Notes under the pieces: model-generated | Told to the model about the DNA's origin: nothing | What the model saw: the letters and a program-made list of their open reading frames with translations, nothing else | The model's database searches: none | Source of the DNA: Ancylonema sp. | Lineage: Eukaryota | Direction: 5' to 3' | Length of the DNA: 31,193 nt | NCBI GenBank assembly: GCA_050230475.1 | Contig: JBFLGF010000007.1 | Location: 124,001 to 155,193, forward strand | Position numbers and translations under genes: made by a program | Shown: in pieces, positions 11,525 through 21,579 of the stretch | Numbering within the stretch: the first letter of the stretch is position 1 | Layout of the letters: each line of letters opens with the position of its first letter

Positions 11525-11998
11525 TAAAACGATTTGTCACTTAACACGGTAGCGCACAAGTTCAATGCTTTACAATACAAGACAAAATAATTGTACGATA
11601 AAGCAACAGCGATTCGGTATGATTGTGAAATGTTAATTATGAACGCGTTCTCGTCGGGCTAATGTACCCGACGAGGCGACAACGGTACAATGATTATCGG
11701 ACACTTTTCTAGCCGACGGTCGGAACTATCGACCGCCGTCGTGCTACCGCACGTGTGTCCACGGCAACATGCCGGACTTGAATGTCACCACACAAATCCA
11801 GCTAATAGGGTGGTGAAACCGCCTAGCATTCTACAATGACTACTAGCTTGGTCACGTCCGTACAAGTGTGGACGTGCCGTGTGCGGACGGATACCCGGGT
11901 ATAGCATTCCCGGCTCCGTGTCCTAAAAGACTCTAAGGCAATTTGCCGGACAAGGCAAACACAAGTTATTAATGTGCCTATCCGAACTCAACCTAACA
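11525..11998 (-). mobile_element. 5' LTR of copia C (about 474 bp)
   Basis: Begins TGTTAGG on the minus strand at 11998 and abuts the PBS; the terminal CA is mutated. Confidence 0.65.
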
Positions 11999-12169
11999 AG
12001 CTCCGTCTTCAAACATACACGCCGCAGTCTGCAGAGCATTCAGTTTCTTGAACAAGCTCTAGCTGGTGCAGACTGCGGACACAGCGTGTCGATTACGTTC
12101 AAGTCGTATGTGTTTGTTATTCGCTAATAACGTTATTTATATTGCCCTGTGGCGATATATTACATGGTC

Positions 12170-12445
12170 ACGCGACAAACCAATATGGTCCAAAGTGCAA
12201 CCAACCACCCCGCCCAATAGATCTGCCTCTACAACCCTCCACAGCGGCGCATCGTACTCCCCGAGCTGGTTGAGGTAGGAAGAAGTAGGGTGGCAAGTAC
12301 GCAGCAGATACGATGGTCGAGCAGCAAACACCTGCGTAAGTAGGCGGAGGGCCACCTGCGGATCCTCAAGGAAGCATAGTTGTTGAAGACCCCGCGTATC
12401 TTCCTCAACGCAACTGCCAGGAAGCCTCGCACAAACTCGGCATTT
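12170..12445 (-). mobile_element. Fragment of non-LTR retrotransposon RT (CRE/RLE-clade-like thumb region)
   Basis: Across one frameshift: EFVRGFLAVALRKIRG / LQQLCFLEDPQVALRLLTQVFAARPSYLLRTCHP...YDAPLWRVVEADLLG, a pattern typical of CRE-type RTs. Confidence 0.6.
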
Positions 12446-12574
12446 TTCAAAACGTTTGCAAAATGCAAACGTTTTGCAAACGTTTGCAACACTTTTGCCG
12501 TACGGACGTATTCCGTACGTCCGCGTTTGAAAAACCGCGTTTGCAGACATTTTTGCCGTTCCCGTGCATCCCTG
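12446..12574 (+). mobile_element. Right-end fragment of the hAT MITE family seen intact at 20088-20836
   Basis: About 120 bp closely similar to 20725-20836, ending GTGCATCCCTG. Confidence 0.85.
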
Positions 12575-13906
12575 GTGTTCGTAAGTGGATATTTCCTAAA
12601 GCATGTTTAGATGGCCCAAATTTGGCAATCTCGAAACGGAACCATTGTTATGTTGCGTGCCAATGACGTTAGTAAACTCAAATGTATATTGTGTTGCCTA
12701 ATATTGTAATTTCTACCTATTTGATAGTTTAAATATCGTATCTTCCTTCACGATGTTAGAACGGGAAATGGAGATCTTGTTTTAATTGTGCCCGGCTCGA
12801 TATGGTTTGTAAATTTGAATACATCTAAAATGTTGAAGTACATAGGTCATTATAGTTTTGGATAACAAGAGTACTACTAATGAGTCGAATTTGTAATTGT
12901 ATTGTTTTTCCTTGTGTGAAAAAAACACACACATGTAGAATGATAAAACATGATATATTCGTGTGCAATAAATCGGGGTAACATGTGATGTCATGTGACA
13001 AGAATTATCATATTCACATAAAAGATAATTATTGCATTTCTATGTATAAAAACTCTCACCTCGACATTAAAAATGCTACATTTTTTATTTATGTCGTTGG
13101 CGTAAATCAAACTACATATGATAAGAATTGTCCCGTGTCATCAAATACTCGTCAACTGAGCATAGCTTTTTCATGTGCTCTAGGGTTAAGTAACGTTTGC
13201 TTATTCCGTGCGTATTGTCGCTACTGAATGGGTGTATCACGTATCAAGAATATTATTATCCACCAACGCCTTCGCTATCAACATTTGTCGTACCGATTGT
13301 AGAAACCAATTTCTCGTGATGAATGGATAGAGGATGGTTCTTTACACACAATAACAGTACATTATCGCCAATCATAGCCGTATCACCATTTTGAATTGAT
13401 AAGACAACTTTGTTCCCCTCGGTCTTTTCCAATCTTACAATTAAGTATGTTGCTATATCTACTTTATGTGTCTTCCCGCACACTGTCATTGTTATAAACG
13501 GGTCATTTTCATAACGTTTCTCGACCATGTAGCTAGCCAACTAGTTGCCTAGCGGATAGCTTTCTCAACTTTCGTTGGCGATTCATTGTCACATTGAAGG
13601 GTTTTAAATTCAAATGGATCCGGATTTCAATTACATAGCAGGTACCAAAGTAGTCGGTATTTGTAAATCATGATAATATGCGTGCCAGAAGAAACAAACG
13701 CGCACAAGCAATTCCGGGGTGTACGCCCCTAAGTGTTACCTCGGGAAGGAAATAAGTCACGAAACGAAAATGTACCAAACTGGTAGAACATAAACGAGTT
13801 CGTGCAATCATGAAGCAGAAAACCAACATACGACTTAGCTTTATTAGATCCATGACGAAACACTTTTAAAAAGAATGTATCCCCACAACAAGAAGCAAGT
13901 AAAACT

Positions 13907-14155
13907 TGGGCCGGATCCATCCCCATCCCTGATCCATCGGAGCCGAATCGGAATATTCTGATCGGGTCGGGCCCACTGAGATGAAGAATAAAAAATTAGT
14001 AAAACACGTTTTTGGGGACTACGCCACAATGGGTGCATACGAACTCTTTTTTCCTCCTCGGTTTTCACCCTGCTGGTCGGCACCTCCGATCCAAATCGGA
14101 GCCGGATCGGATCGCTACTAAATCGGAAACTCCCCAATTAGATTGGGCACAACTA
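13907..14155. mobile_element. Orphan hAT-like terminus
   Basis: Dense GATCC/ATCGG subterminal motifs ending GGGCACAACTA (rc TAGTTGTGCCC). No convincing partner end. Confidence 0.4.
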
Positions 14156-14348
14156 AAAATAAAAGGACAATGTTGACATAGAATGATCATCGGAAAGATT
14201 GCATCATGTGGTTCCAATCGCCACTTTCACATGGTTGAAGCATCACCGTGACTGACAAACTTGGCGAAAGCAAGGAGCAAGGGCCAAAAATGGGTCTCTA
14301 CCAACTTCACACTCTACATAGTTGCTCCGTTGATAGAGAACATATGTC

Positions 14349-15140
14349 TTAAGCATTTGGTGGTAAATCTATTATTGCGCCACTCTCAACTACTAGGCTG
14401 ACCACCATGAAAGATACATATAACATCACTAGACAAACACCCCAAAATCTAGTGACATGGAAGTTAGCCCCACTACTGGCCACTAACGATCCCAAGAGGC
14501 TTGCAAACAAGAACCCAAACGCGATTGGTACATTGGGATGGTAGTGGAGCTTGTATCCGATCGGATACGAATCAAACGTCCTTATTGAGAGTGCTAATCC
14601 TAATCCTACCAACATATTAAATAACGGACCTGCAAAACACCCGGCGATTGCCATGGTGGCTTGATCTCCTCTTGCCAGTGCCACGTCAGCAAAGAGATCG
14701 CCGATTGAATTGCCCCAAGCGAGCACTGTGAGCCCCACAATACTCGGGGATATCTGAAGAATTATTCCTAGGGATGCAAGGAAACCGAGCAACTCACTCG
14801 CCACTCTACTAATCCAAAAAACACTCATCCCGAAAGCAACCATAACCGAAACCTTGAACCCAATCTTCGACTTCCAATTGCAGGGCGGCATACTCTCATG
14901 GTATCCGTAAAACAAGAGGGCGCTAATGGAGCTATGCGCTAAAACGAGGAGCCAGAGGGGGACTTTGGATCCGAACAAAGTAGTGTGTGTGGGGAGGAGG
15001 GAGGAGGAGGCGTAGAGGACAAATAGAGGACAACACACAATATTAGCGGCGGCGTAAGGAAGCTTCCACTTGCTTTCCTCCACAGCCGGTATGGTCGCCT
15101 TGCGGATGACGTCAAATGGAAGGTGCAAATAAAATAGAAT
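14349..15140 (-). CDS. CCX: CCX exon 4
   Basis: Acceptor TTGGCAG; LPFDVIRKATIP, GNSIGD and the C-terminal TM helices to TAA. Confidence 0.9.
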   Translation of the reverse strand: MLFYLHLPFDVIRKATIPAVEESKWKLPYAAANIVCCPLFVLYASSSLLPTHTTLFGSKVPLWLLVLAHSSISALLFYGYHESMPPCNWKSKIGFKVSVMVAFGMSVFWISRVASELLGFLASLGIILQISPSIVGLTVLAWGNSIGDLFADVALARGDQATMAIAGCFAGPLFNMLVGLGLALSIRTFDSYPIGYKLHYHPNVPIAFGFLFASLLGSLVASSGANFHVTRFWGVCLVMLYVSFMVVSLVVESGAIIDLPPNA

Positions 15141-17622
15141 CTGCCAATGGCAGAAATGGCGGAAATGTTTGTGGACGAAGCTGAGAAAGTTGTGGAACAC
15201 AATTTCATGAACATCATGAATTTCATGATTGTTTTGGCGATCAAGTTCGTTATTTTTGCAAACATTTCCAAAAAGGGAGGGGGGGGGGGGAGGTTGGAAA
15301 GTACAGCGCAAGTTTCTTCTTTCAAGGTGAGTGAAATGCTCTCGTAAGAAATTTGCAGAGCTAACAAAACCAAAAGAAGATTGATCCAAGCTGCTCCATG
15401 GTAAGTGTGCATCATTCGACTTAATAAAGAGGAGAGTTATCATGTATCTTTCGAGGAGCTTGCAGGCTGGCTATAACGGGGCAAATTGTACCAGTATGCT
15501 TACATCAGCAGACAGAAATGATGATCCAGAGATCAGGTGCAATGTCTACTTTCCCAAAGGGATTATGTGTCCACTCACCAGCTTCCATCCTCGTGGGCCC
15601 CACCCTCCACCCTCACTCCCTTGCCACCACCCGCCAGCTGGCCTCCACTCGCCCTGAAGACACAGCCGAATCCGCACCCAGATTCTTAGCAGCTTCAGTC
15701 TCAAGGGACTCAGAATGCGGCCCGATCCTCCCCCACCGTGCAACAACCGGTATGCCTGCCATGGCCGTGGGGAGCACATACATTCGTCATTTCTTACTCT
15801 TTGCTTGTTTGCTTTTTTTTTTCTTGATTTTTTTTGAGATGTATGGTTGTGAGAAGATGTCAATGTTGGTATGTTTCTGGGGAGAGAGCAAGGTCAGCGG
15901 GCCATTGACTTACCTGCAGAGAAGGATCGTCTGACAGCTGTCTCTTGATTGGTTGGAAAACGTCCACCTGTCCCCCTCCCGTTTCCGCTAGGGTAGGCGA
16001 CCCGCCATACTTTGCATTATGGTGATGGACATGTGAATCCCCACGAGGACTTGGCCCAGTCTGGAGATCGGTTGCCACGACCAGAGCCACGAAGGACAGA
16101 TAGTAGAAGACGAACCCGAGGGCCAGCCACAGGTACACTGTGCCGCTCATGTAAACTAGAAGGACGAGAACTGCAGCTGTGAGGTAGAAGAGGAGGTCCC
16201 GAGAGAATGCCCGTGCTGGTACGGGGAAGGGAGCAGCGGTTAAGGCCACGCAACCGACGACAAAGGTGGCCACAAAAGCTCCAGCGCTGCAGAGGTGGAC
16301 GGAGGAGATTCATACGCAGGCCGTTTCGAAAACTTGTCAGTGAAATATCAGATAGGGATGCTGACTTTTTCATGAAACATGACATGCTGACAGGGTTTGT
16401 GAGTGCGAATGGCTGTCATTGCCTCGCGGATTGGCTGCAGTCGCTGCATACATGCTTCTTTGAGGGAACACTGGGCATGCATGCTGAGATATAGGATAAG
16501 ATCTGGTTGACAGCATGTTATTGCCACCACGAACTTCAACGTTCAGACACCGTTGATTTCATGTACATGATAGGAGCCTGGGAGCCCGGGTTACCCGGCC
16601 ACCGGGTGTGCAAGACACAGGATTGTGCAGACTGGAATCCATAATCATATCCTGCAGCTTATGACCAGAACTGCAGACAAGCTTCCAGCCCTTACCAGAC
16701 TTCGTTCAATATCAAGCACATTTGGTCAGGATTATTTTACAGAGGACAGGCTCCAGCTCTACCAGGCAGCATGCGCAGACTGCATTCTGCTATTTCTATA
16801 ATCTTTTGCTTGAAGCGACCACGTGGCTACTGATCTGCATCGTTATAGACTGAACTGACACTCTGAACCACCTTCTTTTAATTTCCCAGACCTGGCTTAC
16901 CTGATGATTGCCCCGAAACCGATTTTCGGATTTCCGTCCACGAAAGCTGCCAGTGATGCGAACACATCCGGCGCCCCGTTTCCAAAAGCCACCAAAGTCA
17001 CGCCAGCAGTACTTGGAGCTAGTCGGAGCATTTTGGAAACAAGAGTCACTACTGGACAAAAATACTCTTCCGCAGTCTCGGCCAGAAGATAAAAGAAAAC
17101 CAGGACTCCCAATGTCAGCAGCGGAACACTAAGCCAAATCCGACCGGAAAGATTGCAAAAATGCATGTGAGTGTAATTCAGGCGGGACTTTCCACCACCT
17201 TGACAATGGCGCTGGGCATACTGGCACCTGGCTGCCGGCGCAGAACGATACACAGCACTGCAGGCAACGGCCTGCGTCGCTTGAGCAATGTCATTTGCGT
17301 CAAAGTGTTTAGGAACTTGACTGTCGGAGATCGTCTGGAGCAGCCTATGTGGTGCGTCGATTACCGTATAATTTATTTGCTGAGTCACTCTTAATAGCTG
17401 TTTTCCGTTGCGTTTTTCTTCAGTCGTTACAATCCGCTCATGCACAACATCAACAGGTGGCACAATGTCCGGTGAAATGAGTACTGGTTCGAGGAAAGAA
17501 AATCGGATAGAAGCGATGCCAAAAAAGAAGATCATGATGTAGCATTTGAAGTAGTGCCGATGTGTCCACACTTCTTCTGACTCACGCGAGGACTCGGAAA
17601 AGTGCGGTTTACTGCAGCTCAT
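14349..17622 (-). CDS. CCX: Cation/calcium exchanger (CaCA superfamily, CCX clade, CCX5-like), 4 exons, about 687 aa
   Basis: Alpha-1 motif GNGAPDVFAS and alpha-2 motif WGNSIGD, plus A(I)AGCFAGPLFN. Exons 17622-16901, 16286-15914, 15755-15579 and 15140-14349 join in frame through GT-AG introns. Confidence 0.92.
15579..15755 (-). CDS. CCX: CCX exon 3 (cytosolic loop, 59 codons)
   Basis: GGCAG acceptor and CTG|GTGAGT donor, both phase 0 with an open frame; gives ...RGWKL-ILFYLHLPF. The acceptor has a weak pyrimidine tract. Confidence 0.6.
15914..16286 (-). CDS. CCX: CCX exon 2
   Basis: Acceptor TGCAG completes IIS-AGAFVATFVVG; RDLLFYL; donor CAG|GTAAGT. Confidence 0.88.
16901..17622 (-). CDS. 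CCX: CCX exon 1
   Basis: ATG17622; Cys-rich loop; GNGAPD; donor AG|GTAAGC, phase 2. Confidence 0.85.
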
Positions 17623-18137
17623 GGAGCCTTCCAGCTCAAACTCTAACTACCTCCTGCTTAATTAGATATTAAGCAGATGTTGGATTTAATGAATTTTCTG
17701 TTGATGTAAAATAGTAGTATGCAAATGACATGTTGGGATATCAATACCGACAGCCCTGAAAAGCAATGTCAAGCTGCACTCGGCGCATAGAGCACTCAGC
17801 ATAGACTCTATGGCATTGGGCCTTCAAATTCGGCGCCCCCGGCAAAAAAGTTCCCACTCGGGGCGGATCCAACTATGCTTTCAATACGGGGGAGCATAGA
17901 TGGGTCTTTCAAGTGCGCGTCCCGCAAGTATTCCGCACGCGCGCGCTCGCGTAAGCGTGCGCAAATCTCGCGCAAGGTGCTGATCCATAGGCGTTAAAAT
18001 TATATTATTACCCGGGGGGGGGGGGGTACCGTACCGGCCAGGTTTATAGCCCCCGAAAATAATTACCTAAGTGCTGGGGCGGGGCAAGGATATTAATTCA
18101 AAATAAGATCCGGTCTTGTCCGTCAAACTTAGGTCTT

Positions 18138-19642
18138 AAGGTTTGATTTATTTAGATTTTTAAGAGAGGGTGCCCTGTGCCCTGTGCCCTGTTTCCTGTC
18201 GCCGGTGCTGTAAATTACTACCGGTCGGCGGACGTGCGGCGTCGGCCGTTAGCGGTAGACGCCGTCAATTCTGCCGGCCAATGTCGCCATTCTGTCTCGA
18301 CTGCAGCTCATCACCGCCACCATATCCGAGAGCTCTGAGCGATGTCGAAGATAGCTACCAAGTATCGCTGTACGTTTTAATGCAATAATACAGTAATTCA
18401 AACGAAAATCAATCATTGCGACTGCAAATTAGCGAGCCAGCCTACTTCTCCGCCAGCCAGCCAGCGATCACACTTCGTCACTTCTCTCTGTCTCTCTCTC
18501 TCTCTCCTACATCAACCCAACCTCTGTTTCGCACTCACGCTATCGATTTCTCACAAAAATCACGCTTTGTACTGCGATTCTTACATCCTACCTCTGTGAT
18601 TGGATTTCTGCGAAAATTGATTTCCGGTGCTAGTCTTCCCGGCCACTTAGAATCGATGACTGAGTCGTAGACTCGCTCGCTGACTGAGTATGACTCGCTC
18701 TTTGACTGCAGAGCGAGGGGAGAAGAGTTTCACTTGCAAATGCAACCAGCCCGCCAGCCCCAGCCAGCCAGCCAGCCAGCCAGCCAGCCCTCTCGCTCTC
18801 TGCCTTGCGCTCTCACTCGAACGTTCTCTCGTTCAGCGCGCACTCTTTGGGACTGCTGTTATGCCTAGCTGTTTTGAGCTGTCTGACTATGCAGATTGCG
18901 GAAAATAAAAAAACAGAAAAAATTAACGTCAAATTGTAAACTGTCTGCAGCGTGAGTTTTCTTGCAGATGACCAAACCACCCAGCCAGCAAGCCAACCAG
19001 CCAGCTAACCAGCCCAAAGAACTTGTCTAGAATATATACGTAAATGTAAACGAAAATGTAAAAAATAATAGAATAAAAACCATATTTTTAAATTTCATTT
19101 TTTCTTTCAAATGCTTCAAATGCTTCATGTAAAGCGCTCGCTGGCCACATAAGTGATAATAAATCTGTACTATGTGTTGGAAAGAAAATGGGGGAAGGGG
19201 TTCTGATCGCCCTCCATTCTCCTTCCAGCACATAATCGCACATCCCACAGGGATGAGGGTACATTTAGAATATTAGAAAACATGAAATACCTGAAACGAA
19301 CGCGAACTTTCTCGACCAGGTGGAGCCAGTGGTGGCCCCCCACTTACACCAACCTCCCAACCCCTAAAAACAAAAAAATCTCACGCAATTTTACGCATTT
19401 TTTTTCAACAAAAACGCGAAAATAAGCCAATCACAGCACGACATGTCAGGGTGACATGTCATCCGAACTTTAAAAAATATAAAAAAATCGTCAAACCCGG
19501 AAGAATCAGCCAATCACAGACCCGGGAACGACCTGACGTGGACAGAATCGTACACAAGTACGGTCCATGTCAGATTATTTCAACCATCCGAAAGCAACTG
19601 ATGAAACAAGAATCGGTTTCACCGACGTACTTAGTTCTCTTG
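18138..19642 (+). mobile_element. Non-autonomous repeat copy A, Helentron/HINE-like
   Basis: Homologous in direct orientation to 21580-24197; (CCAG)n tracts; 3' hairpin TCGGT-TTC-ACCGA followed by ACTTAGTTCTCTTG. No TIR or TSD. Confidence 0.55.
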
Positions 19643-21572
19643 TCTTTCTCCATGCCTCCAAAAGAAATCCAACTTAATTAAAATTATACTATTTTTAACC
19701 CTTCGTTGTTTTTTTTTTACCCCCTTTTATTTTTGGAATTCATGTTCGTTGTATACATTTGTGTTGTTGTGAGAAGTGATTAAAGAGGAAAAAGAGGATT
19801 GCCTGATGAAAGTGGTGATGTAGGAGAAGTTTTTATAAATTTCACGGTTGGAATCACACAACTAAGCGAAGACGGAATCATCCCGTAGTAGAATGGAAAA
19901 GATGGATAAAAAGTGTGATGTTATGCTCGTTAATTAAATAAACGTATTTTTGGTTGGTTTGCAAAAGGAAATAGGAAACTACACCACGCTTTGATGTATG
20001 TGCTCGAGGTCATCAATTTTTTTTTCTCGTGTGTATGTGGTTGTTGTAATATTGTCCTTTTTTTTTATTTTTTGTGTTACCTTGTTTCAGTGATGCACCG
20101 GGCCGGGGCCCGTTTTCTGTACGGCACGTATTCCAGACGGGGCCGAGGGCAATCTGCCGGCCCTGGCAAATGCAAACGGCGTACGGATTTGCCCGCAAAC
20201 GTCCGGAATACGGTCGTGAAATGCGGCAAACGGGTACGGACTGTACGGATGCAAACGTTTGCGCTTGCAAACGTTTGCGTCCGTACAGTCCGTACATATG
20301 CGTACTAATGTCTCCGGATTTCCGTACATTCGGTCGTGAATGTCTACAGAATCTACTGAAAACAGGGGATTCGGACGGCATCGGGGGATGGGAAAGGATC
20401 GGGAACGACGCTCAACCGTCAGCTGCTAGATATTTCAGAAAACTGAAAGATTGTGTCTCACACACGACAAACAGAATCTATGATGGAACGGGAGACGGGC
20501 TACGGGCCAAGATACGATGGTGGAACGGAAGACACGACAGAATAGGGACGTGCTAGAATAGGGAACGACGGTGACAGGGAAAACACGGGGGAAATGTTGA
20601 TGACATAACCGGGGGTACAACAAATTGACGGGGACAAGCTCGGGGTACGATAAAATAGAGAGTCCGCCGGTATAATGGGTTTACGGCTTAGCCGGGAACG
20701 GGCCTAGCTAGAAAATTTTTGCGGACGTTTGCGAAATGCAAACGTTTGCAACACTTTTGTCGTACGGACGTATTTCGTACGTCCGCGTTTGCAATACGGC
20801 GTTTGCAAACATTTTTGCCGTCCCGGTGCATCCCTGCCGTGGTTTAGGGCATTTTTACACTTCTATTTCATTTATTCTATGTCTTCATTTCTTTATCGTG
20901 TGTGGTTTTTTTCATGTGCGGATGTTTTTCATTGTTGTTTTTATGTTGTCGTTGTATATGATGTAGTGGTGTTTTTATTTGTGTGTCGTTATGTCTCTTG
21001 TGTGTCGTTATGTCTCTTTTTTACTTTTGGATTCTTAAGCAATACGTTTTCCTTTTTTTTTTGTGGTGTACTTTGTTGATAATTGGTAAATACTATTTTC
21101 ATCTAACCTTACATGTTAAGTTGTAACTTGACGCTAACTTGCGTGTTTATTATTTTATGTATTGTTGTATGTTGTGGGTGGCATACTCTTCTTCTATTTT
21201 TTATTTTTTCACTAATGTTGCGACTAAATCTACTATGATAAAATGATGTTTGGCATGAGCATATGTTTGTTTTTAATCATAGTTGTGAATCTCGACTAAT
21301 GCACCGTATATGGAGTTTCGTTTTTACATGCGCGCGTTGTTATTAGATTTTGTTATTTCAATAATAGGTAGTTCTCATCGTTGGCATTACGTATATTATT
21401 ATCACATCATATTTTGTGATGTAAGTCATTGAGTATGAAATTCTATATTATTATTAGTCGTTGAAGTTGTGTCTTGATTATGTTTATACTTATGTAGGGA
21501 TGGACTCTACTATCATTTCAAAACCCCCCAAAAATACCAAGTTCAGGTTGCACCATCGTACTTAGGTCTTTT
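19643..21572 (+). mobile_element. AT-rich unit ending in the same terminal motif (putative third HINE-like element)
   Basis: Ends CGTACTTAGGTCTTTT like copy A; the body is not visibly homologous. Confidence 0.3.
20088..20836 (+). mobile_element. hAT MITE, 749 bp
   Basis: TIR CAGTGATGCACCGG and (rc) CAGGGATGCACCGG; degenerate 8-bp TSD CCTTGTTT/CCGTGGTT; CGTAC and GCAAACG subterminal repeats. Confidence 0.85.
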
Positions 21573-21579
21573 GCTCTAG

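Larger units (their letters stand above)
7815..11998 (-). mobile_element. Ty1/copia element C, 3'-truncated within RT
   Basis: 5' LTR, half-tRNA PBS and gag-PR-INT-RT domain order. RNase H, PPT and 3' LTR are missing. Confidence 0.92.

Noticed and set aside
12005..12090. Ulp1-like protease motif (DCGVYV) on the minus strand
   Set aside because: The Gln-to-Cys spacing is wrong, a stop follows immediately, and the sequence is explained by a DNA inverted repeat.
15141..15443. N-terminal 101 aa of ORF 14349..15443 as a real CCX start
   Set aside because: It is read-through into intron 3; CCX similarity begins at the AG acceptor at 15140 and the alpha-1 half lies in upstream exons.
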